In this document: one piece after another, positions 17,187 through 34,797 of the stretch
How the letters are laid out: each line of letters opens with the position of its first letter
Position numbering within the stretch: position 1 is the stretch's first letter
Source of the DNA: the human T2T-CHM13v2.0 reference genome, Homo sapiens
Assembly: GCF_009914755.1 (NCBI RefSeq)
Contig: NC_060947.1
Direction: 5' to 3' (one strand)
DNA length: 64,000 bases
Position numbers and translations under genes: made by a program
The notes under the pieces: generated by a model
Databases searched by the model: none
The model's input: the letters and a program-made list of their open reading frames with translations, nothing else
What the model was told of the DNA's origin: nothing

Positions 17187-18999
17187 CTAATCTTTGTCAG
17201 TCTGAGGGAGAACCTCGACTTGTTTCTGTTCCAGCCATCCCTAGGTGACACAAAGGTCCAGGACATTGATCCTTGGGTAGACACTCAAATGTTCCTTATC
17301 AGACTCAGTGATACTTACAAAAAGACATTTCTCAAATCCTGAAAGTAAACATGTGGAATCTGCTGCAAGTAGAAAACAAAGAGGGAATGTGTTTATTTTA
17401 CCTCTTAAAGGAGGACCTGTTTGGCAAACTGAAGGCTTTGTGGCTGTAGAATTGTTACATGATTTGCATATACTTTTCCTAACAATGGAGAAGAAAAAAC
17501 AATACTTGCCCTTCAGTGCACTTGTCAAGAAGGAAGACTGGATATTTTACCAAGTTATGCCATAATTGTTTGGAATTAGGATTTGTGCTTCTATTGTCTA
17601 GAGAGAACTTTCATTCTCTGAAGGTGGTTGGGTTGAGATTCTGCTACAGTTAATGGCTAAATGCTCTCAACATTAAAAATAAAAATAAGGGGATACCTTT
17701 AGTAAACATGCACTGCATTTACTTAATCTTTACATTGCACATGGAAAAATGAAGGTATGGTAATGAATTCAAACTAATTACCTAATGGTGTTTTGGCTAT
17801 AATTTTGAGTATATTAAAAATGTAAGTAGTCAGCAACAAAAATAAAATTGTTCCTTTTTTGATTGTGACTACCTATCAGAGAATGAGAAATATGTTCATG
17901 AGTATATCATGGTATATTAGCAGCCATTAGAAGGATCTGATAGAAAATGTGGAAATCTAGAAATTATTTCATGATATAGTAAGAAACAGAAGTAGAATAT
18001 AAAGTGTAATCAGCATTGGGTTACAACTTTATATGAACTCATATGCACAGGGACAGGGCATGAAGATTGAAAAGTGAGAGTTGATATTTTAGAGAAGTCT
18101 TTCCTTTACAGTTATATCCATGTACAATAACTAACCATCAGAACAAAACCCATACAATTAAAAAAATAGAGTGAGTGTATTTGGCTACTTCCTGTGGTAG
18201 TAACATTAAACATTAAATTAATGTGAGTTCTTTATCCTTTTCCTGGTATGTGGCAAGAGTGAAAACTTACCATGAGTGTCTTGTGGGTCTTAGTTAATGA
18301 AATGGACTTTAATACACTAAAAAAGGAATATGTCCAAAAAACATATTTAATATGTGGTTCTGTCTGTTTCTAGCTTTACAATCTTTTGGCCCTAAATACT
18401 TATCTTAAGCTTTTTCATACTTAGCTAATACTCAGAAAATGCAGAGGATATCAATGTCTGGCCTATTAAACAGGCACATTTGTGGTGATGACTAGATGAC
18501 AAAATAATGCACTTGTAAACTGTGCAATTTCAAAATGATATTTTCTATTTTACAATCTGGACAAAATCTCTTGCCAGGATCCTTGTGCCACAGCACACCT
18601 GATCAACATGTTTTCATGCGCAATTTGTTTTGGCTTCTCGTCAGTAGGAAAAAGCTAGGTTCTAGATTGTGTGCAATTTCCAATACTAACTTGAGTTCAG
18701 CTGTTCTCTTTCACATATCTAGCGATCACTAACTCTGTTACTGAGAACAGCTGCCCTAGACCAGTATTTTCCCACCAGATGAATTCAGCTGCTTCTTTGA
18801 ACACACTCAGTTCCCCTTTTCTCTCTTTCTTGCTTGTTTTCCAATAGTTACGCACACTCCTGTAATGTTAACTTAAAATGTCCTTAACTGCTACCATCAG
18901 GGTAAAAAAGCATATAATGGAGGCCATACCCTTTGACACACATTATATCTACATATTTTGTTAAACATTTATTTAACAAAAATTTTCTGCCACATCCTT

Positions 19000-19399
19000 C
19001 TTTGAATCCCGGGCCAGGTTTTGGAGCAGCTCTGTGGTGAAGGGGCCTAGCTGGTCCTACAGCCACTCATATAATTAAAAATGGAGCTGATGAGAGACAA
19101 ACACACATTCTAGTTTGTCTTCATTTCTTCCAAATTGTCCTCACAGGTTTCAGTTTTTCCTTGTGAATTGTAGTTTTTCTTATAAGTTCCGGTTTGCCTT
19201 TGTTCCCTCCCATTTCAAGCCCATCTTTCCTTCTTGACTATTGGTCTTGCTAACTTTAGGCACATCACCAGAAGCAGGAGTCTTACACAGACTGTTTAAC
19301 CAGCTTCCACACTTGCAGAACACATAAGACCAGAATAGATCCCTTGTGCCACAACACTCCTAGGGGTTCTGCTTGTCTGATTAAGCTTTGACTCATACA
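19000..19399 (+). mobile_element. Old ERVL-class LTR fragment
   Basis: Ends 'ggttctgcttgtctgattaagctttgactcataca', similar to ERVL LTR 3' ends. Confidence 0.45.
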
Positions 19400-19404
19400 T
19401 TATG

Positions 19405-19955
19405 TGTGGTCACTAGCTTCTAAGATGGTCCCCAATGGCACTCACCTCTTGGTAGTCACACCCTATGTATTCCCCTTCCATGTTGCTTCAGAATCAATTT
19501 GTCTACCATACAGAATAAAATAGAAGTGATACTGCATGCTTTTGGAATCTATAAGCAATAAAAGTTACTGTGGCTTCCTGTACTTGCTCGCTCGCTCTCT
19601 CTCTCCCCCCGCCTCCCACTTTCTCTCTCTCTGTGGGTTTACTCATTCTGGGGGAAAGGCTGCTGCATATTGTAGCAATCCTAGGGAGATGGTCACATTT
19701 CAAGAAACAGAGGTCTTCTGACAACAGCCATGTGAGCAAGGTTCGAAGCAGATTCTCCAGGCCCCATCAAGACTTAATTGACTGCAGCTCCAAGGAACAT
19801 CTTAATTACAATCTCATAAGAGACGCTGAGCCACAACCACACAACTAAGTCACTTCCAAATTTCTGAATATCAGAAATTGTGAGATAATAAACATCTGTT
19901 GTTTTAAGCCACTAAGTTTGGGGGTATTCGTTATGTAACAATAGAAAGAAATTAC
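19405..19955 (+). mobile_element. MLT1E/F-like solo LTR
   Basis: 'tgtggtcactagcttctaagatggtccccaatg...' to 'gttgttttaagccactaagtttgggggt...gtaacaataga'. Confidence 0.8.
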
Positions 19956-21596
19956 ACTATGAAAATATAGTTATTGAGACTGAAGTTTACATGCAAAAGC
20001 GAAATATTCCTGAAATCACAGAAATATTGTTATACCTTTTAAACATATTTATCAAAACATTTCAGAAACATCATGAAATGAAATAAAAATGGACTTTTGC
20101 TCTAGATCATTAAGAAAATTTTTCTTAAACACTCTAGACATATCTAACACTATAAGAGATATTTTCTTAGTAAATAAATTATATAGTCTTTTGCAAATAA
20201 TTATAAAATGCTTTCCATTTGATAACATTTATTTTAAAACAATCATTTAAATTATTCAATAGTAGAAAAAATAAAGCAAATGAAAACATAACCACCAGAA
20301 AAAGAACCATAAGATCAAAATTCTTAAGAAAAAAAGAATCATGGACAACTTTAAAGCTCTTAGTTGGGTTTCAGTATAATCAATTTTAGTTATTTAATAT
20401 TAAATAAAACAGCAGAGTTAGTACTCTGGTGTCCACTGCCCGAATTTCCTTTCAGGCTATTTTGTGCTGTATTAGAACCCAATACCCAGTGCAGTTGCTT
20501 ATAAACCTCGATTTCATGGCTTTTTAAAAATACCATAGGACATAACCCTAATTTAAAAAAAAAAAAACAGAAAGTAGGAAAAAGTTTAATTAATCTCTTA
20601 CATCAGTGAATAAATTGAAATGTAATGAGAATATGTTGCGTTAGTTTTATTATCATGCTTCTAATTGACTCCTCCAGTACATTTTCTGAAAGAAATGGTT
20701 TAAGGGAGGATGATTTTTGATATTTCAAATAGAATAAAATCAGTCATACTATAGACAGAGACTGCTTTTCTTTGGATAACTCCCCTGACTGTAAGCCCTC
20801 CCTAAACCTGCTACATGCTTTTTCTACCACCTATATTGCTAAGTGTCTAAAGAGTTAGGATATTTAAAGTCCGTGTCAAAAGTAAGTATGAATAAAAACC
20901 TCAAAAATAATGCAGAATCACAGTAATTTTATCTTTATTCACATTTAAAATGTTGTTTTATTACTTACATATTTATAAATAAGCTAGAAAACATTAATAT
21001 TTATTTAATGAGGCGACATAAATGGAATGATTTAATAATCACTTTCACTTTTCCTGTTTCCTAAGGAATAAAAACTAGCAGTCTGGTAAATGTCTGTTAT
21101 GTATCTCTTCATGTTTACACCAACAGATGTATACATACACACACAGTTATGTTTGTTATATTTGATGATTTTATCTCAATCTGCATAAATTTAAAGCTTC
21201 TATCCTTTCAGTCAGAAGACAGGAATGATATTGTCTTCATGAACAGCCAGCAGCATTTTTGGAAGGATAGGACGCAATCTATTATCTCTTGGGCTACATG
21301 TGGAATTTGCTAAAAATGAGACAAGCAATTTCTGATTGCTATATGCCATGTTGATCAGCTGCTGCTTCTGTTACTGACTTCCATAGAGTGGTTTTATAGC
21401 AAGACTTAAGAAAATTCGTTTGGACATTGGTATTTTATGATGCATAGGAACTTAGTGACAATAGTTTATGGCAGATGCCAACAAGCAGTGGAACAAGAAC
21501 AATCACAAATCTCTGAAGTTCTCCATGATGCCTCCTAATTCTACCAATTTCTTGTCTCTGCAGTATTTAGAAACTTTGTTTCTCTCAAAGATGGCT

Positions 21597-24157
<2,561 letters not shown>

Positions 24158-24189
24158 TGGCCCCTTCAGCAACTTTCAGATCTTTCCTT

Positions 24190-24733
24190 CTAAATTTGTT
24201 TTCCATTACTGCACAAAAATTTACCCTAACCCGTAATCTCTTAAAACAACATATATTGTCTCACAGTTTCTGTGGAACAGGAGTCCAGGCACAGCTTAGC
24301 TGGGTAGTCCTAGCTCGGGGACTCTCAGAAGGCTACAAAGTGTCAGCTATGGCTGTAATTATCTCAAGGCTTGGATAGAAAAGGATCTGCTTTCAAGTTC
24401 ACTTACATTGTTGTTTTCAGGTATCAGTTCCTCTTTGACCGTTGGCTGTGGGTCTTCCTTAGTTTCTTGCCACTTAGGTCTCCCCTGAGGCAGCTCACAG
24501 CATGGTATCTGGCTCCAATAGAGCAAGAAAATACAGGAGAGACTGCAAGCAAGACAGAAGCCAGAGTCTTTTGTAACCTAATCTTGGAAGTAACATCATC
24601 CCATCACTTCTGCCAGATCCTGTTTGTTAGAAGCAAGTAACTAGGTACAGCCCACACACAAAAAAGGGACTACACATGGAGTGGATACCAGGAGGCAGAG
24701 ATCATTGGGGGGTATTTAGAAGTTGCATACCAC
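24190..24733 (-). mobile_element. MLT1E/F-like solo LTR
   Basis: 'cttaaaacaacat...tctcacagtttctgtggaacaggagtccaggcacagcttagctggg' to 'gttgcataccaca'. Confidence 0.75.
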
Positions 24734-25029
24734 ACCATTTTTTCATGGTCTCACAAATTCTTTACCTCCTAATGAAATGCCTGGAGGCCACTTGTGATTG
24801 TAATTTTTAAAAAAGAATTAAACTTTTTTCTTCTTCTTTAATCTGATATCAACCTAAAATCTTACATTTAATTCGATGCTGAAAATTATTTGGAGCATGT
24901 AAAATTCAAATCATTAAACTTGTCAAGTTTTTTTTTTAGATTTTTTAATTTCAATTTTCAAATTAAGTCAAAATATACTTTTATTATCTTGTTAATCTTT
25001 TCGTCAGCTGTGGTTACATACGTTTTGCA

Positions 25030-25985
25030 TTGCTGATATCAATTATGTGCCTACTCTCTCTATGTGTCTCTCTGTCTCTCTTTCAGCTTTGTTGATTCTC
25101 TATTTTATGTGTGCTTTCTCTACCATTAATTATCTTTTTTATTTTTTCTGCAGTTTTTTTGGGTTTGTTTTGTTCCTATTTCTTCAACTCCTTAAGATGC
25201 ATGTTTTAGCTCATTGATCTTCAGCTTAAAAATAAAAATATTGAGTTTGCTAATATCACAACTCTTGTAGTTATATACCGGGTCAATAAATAGAATGTTG
25301 CTGAGCACATCAGACGTTCCTTTGTGCCTTCTCCTAATAATCAAGCCTTTCCTCCTCCACAAAGGTTAGCTTTGCTAAGCCATATCAGAGAAACTTCTAA
25401 TCTAGGGCCAATTTTCCCCACTGCTGAGGCAAATCCTTCTGAGTAATATACCTTTGTCCTATGAATTATGACTTTATTCAGCCTGGCTGGCAGGCTCCTG
25501 TGTGAGATCTGAACACAATTCCCTCTAATCCTTTCATATGGTTCTTTCTATGTACTTGAACAGTGCAAATACTGATCACACATGCAAGTACTGATCAGTA
25601 CTCTGAGAAACACTCGAAGGGGCCATCTGCAGATCTCCTTGATTCTCTATGCACCAACTCTCTCTCCACTACTCTGTCCTGCAAACTCAAGCTGCCTTAT
25701 CCTCCTTCTACTCTTGGGTCCATCTCCAAACCTCAGGGAACCTAGCAGGCTCTCCCTGGGTTCCCCCTTTCTGTACTATGGCTTAGAAACTCACAGCAAT
25801 AACCTGGGATTAACAGAACATACCTTGTTTGTTTTCCATTCCTCAGGGTTCACCGTACTTTTTTCCCTGATGTCCAATATCTTCACAATCATTGATTCTT
25901 TGTTTCTTTTGTGAGGTTTTTTTTTTTTTTCTGGTAAGAGAATAAATTCAGTCCGTAATATATCATCTTAAAGAGAAGTAAAAGT
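25030..25985 (-). mobile_element. Old L1M fragments
   Basis: T-rich reverse-L1 tract at 25080-25230 and L1M 5'-type sequence at 25380-25980. Confidence 0.45.
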
Positions 25986-26424
25986 TTCAGAGTATCTAAT
26001 AAACATTTCAAAGAATGTTAAACTGGAACATATTTAACTGTAACTTTGTACCCATGGACCAGCGTCTCGATATTCCTTCTTGGTCCTAAAATTCCTAGCT
26101 TCTAGTAAACACTGTACCAGATAAATATGTATAATTATTATGTGTCAATTAAAAACAAAATAAAACTTTAAACAATAAATTGTTAAAATAAAAAGGCAAA
26201 AAGAAAGACACTAAGCCATTTTTTCGTGCCTCAAGATTAGAATTAATCCCTGTAATTGTGGTTTTTTTCTCATACATTTTATACCAATGCATTACTCAAA
26301 TAAAGACAATTGTCGTTTCATCAGCTGAGCTAAACCTCTACTATCTTTTAACACAAGGCTAGTTAATTTTTGAAGTGATGTTACCTTTTAAGAGCTGATT
26401 AACTCTATGGACCTTTCTCCGGAA

Positions 26425-26575
26425 AAATATGTACTAAATGATAAATGCTTGAGGTGATGGATACCCGAATTACCCTAATTTGATCATTACATATTGTATG
26501 CTTGTATCAAAATTTCACACGTACCCCTGAATATGTACTAATATGTATCCATAATAATTACAAATAAAAAAGTGT
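26425..26575 (+). mobile_element. L1MA 3' terminal fragment
   Basis: 'aaatgataaatgcttgaggtgatggatacc...aattaccctaatttgatcattaca...gtatcaaaat'. Confidence 0.8.
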
Positions 26576-26642
26576 TAAAGTGTAAATTTTGTATTAAATG
26601 TCAAAGAGTTCAAGGACCTTTGGAAGTTTAAAAACATACCCT

Positions 26643-26920
26643 CTCACGCCTGTATTCCCAACACTTTGGGAGGCCGAGGCAGGCAGATCACCTGAGGTCA
26701 GGAGTTCAAGACCAGTCTGGCCAACATGGTGAAACCCCGTCTCTACTAAAAATACAAAAATTAGCCAGGTGTGGTAGTGGGTGCTTATAATCCCAGCTAC
26801 TTGGGAGGCTGAGGCATGGAGAACTGCTTGAACCCGGGAGGCGGAGGTTGCAATGAGCCAAGATCACACCACTGCACTCCAGCCTGGGCAACAGAGTGAG
26901 ACTCTGTCTCAGAAAAAAAA
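26643..26920 (+). mobile_element. AluSx-like, 5'-clipped
   Basis: Dimeric Alu with 'cacctgaggtcaggagttcaagaccag' and a short A tail. Confidence 0.93.
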
Positions 26921-27059
26921 GGAAATCCTAACTGGAAAAGTTTTTCTCTGGCATTTGACAGTTGTGGAGCACAGTATTAGTTCTCTGATCTCTCACCAAC
27001 ACTCTGGTTATCCTTAGGGGAAACTTTTCTTTTTCTGATGCACTTAAGGCATGCAATTA

Positions 27060-29110
27060 ATCCCTCATTCTTAATATGAATAGAGAGTCAAAAGTAACAA
27101 ATACTTTAGGAAAGCTTGCAACATGAAAGGAAGAGACAAAAACTGAACTAGTTAAAAACGATATTGCAGGAAGCAAGATCATACAGGCAAAAGAAAAAAG
27201 CTTCAAATAAATATAGTTAATATATTCATAGAAATAAGTTAAAATGTTGATGAAATAACATTCATTGGACGTATTGTAGAAATGGAAATAGAAAAAAATG
27301 CATATGAAGTAAAATATTTTTAAGAAATTAAAAATATCAGCATCAAAGTTAAAATTCAACAAACGTCAATAAAATCTCCCAAAAGTAGGAAAAATCATCA
27401 AAGTGGTGGAAGGTAGGAAAGAACACGTAAGACTATGAAAGGGTTAAACCAAAAGGTAAATATCCCATTCATAAAAGTTAAGGAAAGAAAATAAAAAGAA
27501 AAAAATTGTTGGAAAAGTATTCTCCCAACAATCATAAGAAACAAATGACAGAGACAAATATATTTCACAGAAATTATAGGTGTATTAGTCCATTCTCATG
27601 CTGCTATAAAGAACTGCCTGAGGCTGGGTAACTTATAAAGGAAAGAGGTTTAGTTGACTTACAGTTCCACGTGGCGTGGGAGGACTCAGGAAGCTTACAA
27701 TCATGGTGGAAGGGGAAGCAAACATGTAGTTCTTCATATGGCAGCAGGTAAGATAAATGCTGTGCCAAGTGGGAAAAGCCCTTTATAAAGCCTCCAGATC
27801 TTGTGAGAACTCACACACTATCATGAGAACAGCATGAGGGTAACCACTCCCATGATTCAATTACCTCCCACCAGGTTCCTCCAACACATGGGGAGTATGG
27901 GATTATAATTCAAGATGAGATTTGGGTGGTGACACAAAGCCAAGCCCTTTCAATAGGCATGTATATTAATAATTATAGGCCAACAGAGCCAGAAAAGAGA
28001 ATATTAAAGACCACACCGAGTATCATCATCATCATGTAATATTAGTACACAAGGTATAAAGGAACACCATGAAAGCTTTCAGGAAGAAAAATAAAAATAA
28101 ATGAAGAACAAATGCATATAAAACAGGTTACTTACAAAGGGTTAAGAATTATAATAACACAGGAATTCCCAATACTAACATTTAGAAACTAGAAGACAAT
28201 TTGAGTATACCTTCAAAATTCTGAAAAACAATGATATTCAAGCTAAAATATTATAATTACTTAAACTGACAAATGTGAGGGCAAAATAATGACATTTTCC
28301 CACTTGTATAAGCAATTTAAACTCAAAACAGTTTACCATCCATGAAAACTCTCAGGAAGCTACTAGAGGATGCAATCCTCTAAAGGGAGGCAACAAACTA
28401 AGAGAAAACATGAGTTCCCGGAGCCAAGAAGCAAATGATCTAACTTCAGTGAAAAGAAAAGAGAAGCTCCATAATGAAGGCAAAGAGAGATCCCAGGATG
28501 ACTATTGCATAATAAGCTCATCAAAATTGAGGAGGGCAGAGGTCACCAATCAGAAAAATTTCATATGAAAATAGAAATGTTGTATTAAATCATGTAAACA
28601 ATATGGCTGAAATACATTTTATGGAGTTTGTGGGACAATTAGGAAGAATTAGCAATAAAAAACATAAAAACATAAAACAAAAAAGCAGATAAGAAATGAA
28701 ATACTTTTTTTCAGAAAAAAATTTACCAGCAACTATCTATGATCATTATCTATTACTTATCTTAGTAATAGAAAAATCCTACGATGTCAACATAATATGA
28801 ATATCTAGTTATCCCCAAATTGTGATGTGATCATATTGGAAAAATGAAGGAAGAGATAGTTGAAGGGAGGTAGGATGGTGTGAAATGTTAACCTCTCAAT
28901 TGCCATAATAGGAAAGCAATATACAGATTATAAAACTGATAAACTAAGATAAATCACATATTGCATATATTTAGAAATATGGAAGTTAAAAGATGAAGAC
29001 AATGCTAAGAGTTGTAAATGATTGCCTCTAGAGGGTGGGAAAAGGTGAAACAAGCAACTACATTTTTATTTTTGTAAGTTTTTTCTATCATTTGCTTGTC
29101 TTAAACTATG
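27060..29110 (+). mobile_element. Ancient L1M(E)-type remnant (ORF1-like region) interrupted by a THE1 LTR
   Basis: A-rich with ORF1-like 'gaaactagaagacaat...ccttcaaaattctgaaaaac'. Confidence 0.55.
27581..27952 (-). mobile_element. THE1 solo LTR
   Basis: 'tgtattagtccattctcatgctgctataaagaac...' to '...gccctttca'; perfect TSD atagg at 27576-27580 and 27953-27957. Confidence 0.92.
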
Positions 29111-29169
29111 TGCTTGCAGTACAATAGAATACAATGATAATCATCAAAGAAAAAATAAAATGAAGCAAG

Positions 29170-29620
29170 TGTTGTTGATACCCCACTGAATATTCCCATG
29201 ACCCACACTGAGTCCACCAGCAGCTGTGGTTGATGATTCCCACACGGTTTGACAGTTTCCTGCCTCAGTGGGTTCTCTCTTCTCTGCCTGAGGGCTTTCT
29301 TGACAGGAGGGGATCATGCTTACTACAAACAAGAGCAATGGATAGGTGTGTAGTTTTTAATAGTTTGATCCCAACTCTCATACTATGGATATGGTTGTAG
29401 GCGGTTCAATGTTCCAGCCTTTTGTTCTTCTAGAGAAAAATGATTCTGAGGCATGTTTCTCATGGTTTCTCAATAATAACTCACCTATTAACATGCTCTG
29501 TTGGCCTTTCTCTTTTCCCTCTTTCTTACTTATTCTTCTTGGGAACACCTCCTAAATAAACTACATGCACCCAAGTCTTTTCTTTGATATCTAATTTTGG
29601 CTAAACCTAAACTAAGAGAG
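29170..29620 (+). mobile_element. Old ERVL LTR (LTR16-like)
   Basis: 3' end 'cacctcctaaataaactacatgcacccaagtc...aacctaaactaaga'. Confidence 0.6.
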
Positions 29621-29989
29621 ATATCTAGGAGATGTTTGTTAAGAATGCCTGTTTATATGCCTCTTTTTTATCTTTGTGTGATCATTGTTTATTTTATGCT
29701 TGCTATTGCTATTGCCTTGTAGCAATTAAAGAACTCTACTTCTATAACTGACCATTTAAAAACTAAGGTTAGTAGACCTTTATATGCTGTGAAAAAGATT
29801 GCCGGCATGTAATAAAAATTTCAGAACAGAATTCAAAGTTGAGCTGCAACACTCTGTGGTGGATGTCTTTGATGTCTCTTCTGTTTAAACTTCAGTGCAT
29901 AGCTGAGAGATGTGTAACGGTACACTTAGGCTATGAAAATATCCAACATACACAAAATAATTAAATAAATATATATTAGGTGATCTGTT

Positions 29990-30568
29990 TGTAGTGATTT
30001 TATAATATGTCTACAGATTCTTTGACATTTCTCTTATTAAATGGTGGGGTCTATGTCTTCTTTCTTTGAAGCTACATTGACATTAATGATTTGCCAATAA
30101 CTAGTCAGAAGTAATGTTGCCACAGAAATTTTGACATTAGGTTAGAAAATAACACGCAACTTTTATCTGATTCTCTTGGAATGTTTGTTCTCTCCATGCT
30201 CCCTTTTGGGATACTTCTTAAAAAGCTGCCACTATGCTATGAGAAGTGAAAACCAAAAGGAAATAATCCAAACAGGTGCTTCAGTCAGTAGACCTAGCTG
30301 AGTCCCCAGCCTTCTAGGAATTCCAGGCTATGTGTCAGGTATGTACATGAAGGAGCTTCCAGATTATTAAAGCCCTGTGCCATTAAGTCATCCCTAGTGT
30401 CTGAGTCTTCCCAGCTGAGGCTCCAGACATCATGGAGCAGCGTCAATCCATCCCTGCTCTGCCATGTCTAAATTTCTGGTCCACAGAATCTGCGCACATA
30501 ATAAAATGGTTGCTTTACTCCAAAAGTTTTGGGGTGGTTTGTTACACAACAATATTAACTAAGGTACA
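29990..30568 (+). mobile_element. MLT1G-like solo LTR
   Basis: 'gtcttcccagctgaggctccagacatcatggagcag...ccatccctgct...ataataaaatggttgc'. Confidence 0.78.
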
Positions 30569-31944
30569 TTAATTTTCATTAAATAATTACTAAAAACACA
30601 TATTAAGTTATCTGCCATTTAAATAAGCAAAATTTGAGAGAAGGTTCTTTGATCATCCCTGTTCCTGACCACCCTGTTAAAGAATTATGGATTAATCCAC
30701 ATCTATTGTCCTTTGGGGGTCAAGAAAAGCATGTCTTCTCTTTCAAACAGGGTAACAGAAAAACCCAGAATTAGAGAGGAATAGGCACAATACACATGGT
30801 TATTAAAACTGTCTGTGCTGAGAAAGAGCACATAATTAGTAATAAGGAAGCCTGCACCCTATGTAACAGAGGAAATAAATGCAGATCTTCCATTTGTGCA
30901 GTGCTGGATATTTACTGGTGCATCTTGCTGTTATGAAAGAGTCTTTTTTGTAAAATCACCATGGCATCCAATGTAATGTTCCAAAGGGATTAATTTGGTA
31001 GGAAATTAAATGCTTTGCCTAGATACAAGATCTTTTAAAATTATATATGTGCCAAATTGCACTAAAATAATTGGGTAGCTGAGGACATCTGTTGCAATAA
31101 ATTCAAATAGTGAATATTCTATTTAAATTGATACTGAGCATTGTATCAAAAAGCGTCTATTTCTCCCGCTTTACGTGCAGCAGAGCCTGAAAATAGCTCA
31201 GTTTAAAGATATTAAAAAATTATTTGGAAAAAAAACTGTGGTAGTCTAATCTGAAGTAATATCATGAAAGGCTATTTATGAAATAGAGTCACAATTTATA
31301 TTAAAAGCATGTCTAAGGGCTTTGTGGTCAATTCCTAGATTGAGCTATACCATCTCATTACTGATGAGGTTACAGTTTAGGATCTGGTCTTAATTTACTC
31401 AGTTATTTGAGAATTAACTATTTGATTGCTTCTTGGCCGCCTGCTTTAGAGCTCAAGAAATACAGCAGATAGATGCCAATACCTCACTGCGTATATCAGG
31501 TTAAATATATCTCTACGTGCCAGTCATTAGTGCCTGGCATAAGATAGTCTGCTGCATAAGATGATCTATTTACTTCGCAGGATTTTATTGGTTAAATTTA
31601 GTAAGGGAATTAGTTGAAACACTGTATAGCATAATGTATATGAACCAGAGGTTTTCACAAGCTAGTGTACACTGAAATATTTTTATATGAAGACTAGTGT
31701 AACTGAGGGAGATTTACAATCTTACAATCTCATTATCTAATCCAGCTACCATCATCTTCTTTAGATTTCATGAAGTTTGTAAGATGCCAATGCCTACTAC
31801 CTTTCAGGACATATTTATAACTGGTTTTCCTGAAGAAAAAACCCTCTATGAGGGTTTTTTTTTCTTTTTTCCTCCTAAGAGGTTTTAATTGCTAGAGCGC
31901 TCAAAAAACAAAGTGTGTGTAACCTGATATTAAAGGGACATTCC

Positions 31945-32400
<456 letters not shown>

Positions 32401-32699
32401 CAACCACTGATATTCAACACGTTACCTTCTGCCTCTTAAGAATATCTAACACAGTTCTACACAAGCATGACCACGTATGGAAAACTGTAGGTAAGAGCCA
32501 ATGATGTTTAGATTTAGAGAATAGCATTTAGAACAGATTTAGACAGTATTTTAAGGATGGTTAAATGAGATGAGGAAAAATATGGAATTGGACATGGCTA
32601 ATTGCCCAGCTGTGCTAGCAGTATGGACAGTGAGATCCTAAATGGGAATTAGAGAATGTGAAAATGAACCACGTTTAAATGTTGCTCTTTAATATCTCA

Positions 32700-32950
32700 T
32701 AATAATTAATACATACTGAGTGTTTATGATTAACTAAGTACTTTCGTAGAATCTGTATGTTTTACCTTATTTTGTACTCATGAAAACCTTATGAAGTAGG
32801 TAAAATTATTTCTTTCATTTTACAGAGGTTTTTATTGGTCTCTGTTAACCACAGCAAAGTTTAGAAGTTTGCTCAGAACAGTTTGTAAGTAGGGGAGCCA
32901 GAGTTTGAATCAGGCAATCAGATTCCAGAATCCATATTTTGAATCGTTCC
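32700..32950 (-). mobile_element. MIR
   Basis: 'aaccttatgaagtaggt...cattttacagag...ggagccagagtttgaatcaggcaatcagattccaga'. Confidence 0.7.
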
Positions 32951-34711
32951 CTAAACTAATTATTAAATAGACTCTCAGAAGGCACTAGTCACTATGGAAT
33001 TATGAGAGAAGATGGGGAGAGAAATAGAGATCCTATTTCATTTCATACTTTTATAATTCTGGGAAGATTTTCAAAACAAAAGAAACTTCAGATGGTCAGC
33101 TGCCATGAGAAGGTCAACTTGGAAGAGGCGGCTTTGGAATTGGCTGTTACATGGTAAAGCCTAGTTCAGTTTTATTTTAATGGTGCACATAGACAATTAT
33201 TTTTCATGGGCTTACTAGTAATTACCATGAGGAAGAAGAGATAATAAACATTTAGTGTTCTTTAACATTCACTTTAGTTTTGAAATAGAAGGAAATAAAC
33301 TAGAAACTATCCAGAGAGGTAGATCTAGATTTTCTTAAAATTACTTAGTTCAAAAATATTTGTTGAGCACTAGGAATATTATCAGTGAACACAATAGACG
33401 GATGGGAGATATGTGGTTAGTAGGGTAATATGACGAGAGGCCAATGGAAGCAAAATCAATAAACAAAGCATTCTCTTTTAGATAGTAAAAGTGATCATTC
33501 TTTTGTGATGTCACTTGTTCTATCACTGAACACAAAATTAGCTATACAGTTTTATTTTTCTAAAACAAGAAATGACAACTCTGTCTTATGAGTTGCTACT
33601 TTCTGTAGTCAGAGATGATTGCTTGTCATGAGAAAGTGGGTAGTAACTCTAATCTCATGGAATCCATCAAGATTTTCAAGCTAGTACACAGATAGTATTT
33701 AGTAAATCTCTTAAAATAAGTGTATTAAACATGTTCTTTGCTTTGCAATATTTAGCTCAGTCTTCCACATTAATTGCCTCTATGACTTTTTAAAACTTGA
33801 TACATTTTCTCAAATATTTCACTTTGTAAATTTAATACTACTAGAAAAAAATCCAGAAGTACACAAAAATTAGTAAAGAATAAAAATAAAATTTAAAAAA
33901 CCTATCTACAAAATCAGGGAGTGGCAGAATGAATGAAATCTGTAACTTTGGCCATAATGGTGACAGAAGGTAAAATATACAAAGCTTTGGGTGGAAGAGA
34001 AATATCCTGCTGTTTTCTAAATGGTGTAGTTGTGGTGAAATTTTTCAACAGATATTTTAGAGGCAGAGATCTCAAGATGTGGACTTGGAAACTGAAGCTG
34101 AGAAATGTCACTTTTTTCACTAAATATTATGCCATTTATTTAAAAAATGTTTATGTATTTATTTAAATTTACTCATTTTATTCTGTCTTCTACAATAGGA
34201 AGTTTATAATTTGCCAGAGGAGAAATTGTTGTGGTTATTAGTCCAGAGGCTAGAATTAAAGTTTCTTTGTAAATTCTATAAGGTACAACCCTAAAAATTG
34301 TTAAGAATGGCATATAGTGCCATTTAGCTATGGAGGATCTCAGGACACCAAAAGAAAAAAGAAAAAGGGTCAAAGGAAGATTTTATTAATAGCTTTTTAG
34401 TCTCCCCTCGAATTTTCTCCATCCTTCCTTCCCTTACACATCCTTGGTTCTCCTTCCTTATGTTCCTTTTGAGGAAGCGATCAATTTGACCATCAAAGGA
34501 CTTGCTTATTTGTTTATTGAAATGAATAAATAAAACAACATCAAAACAAACAACAAAAAAATACTTTAGTGAGAAAAGTGTAAATAAAACAGAAAAAAAA
34601 AAATTCTAAAAATGGCCAACAGAGGTAATTTGCGACTGAAAACAAAACCTGACAACAATCATAGTTCAAACTTTGATCAACTATAATGCAAACAGGGATG
34701 TAAAGTTCTCA

Positions 34712-34797
34712 CTTTAGGCTTTTCGGCTTTGGGATGGGGGTCTCGCTGGGGACCTGCCCTCTTATGACCAGAATTTCCCTGCCTCTTGTCTCTATCA
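34712..34797. mobile_element. Short ERV1-type LTR terminal fragment
   Basis: GC-richer 'ggggtctcgctggggacctgccct...ccctgcctcttgtctctatca', similar to MER52/LTR1-group termini. Confidence 0.45.

Noticed and set aside
31836-31863. Hairpin aaaaaaccctc-tat-gagggtttttt resembling an intrinsic terminator
   Set aside because: Eukaryotic DNA, and over half of the 11-bp stem is A/T homopolymer, so chance is plausible
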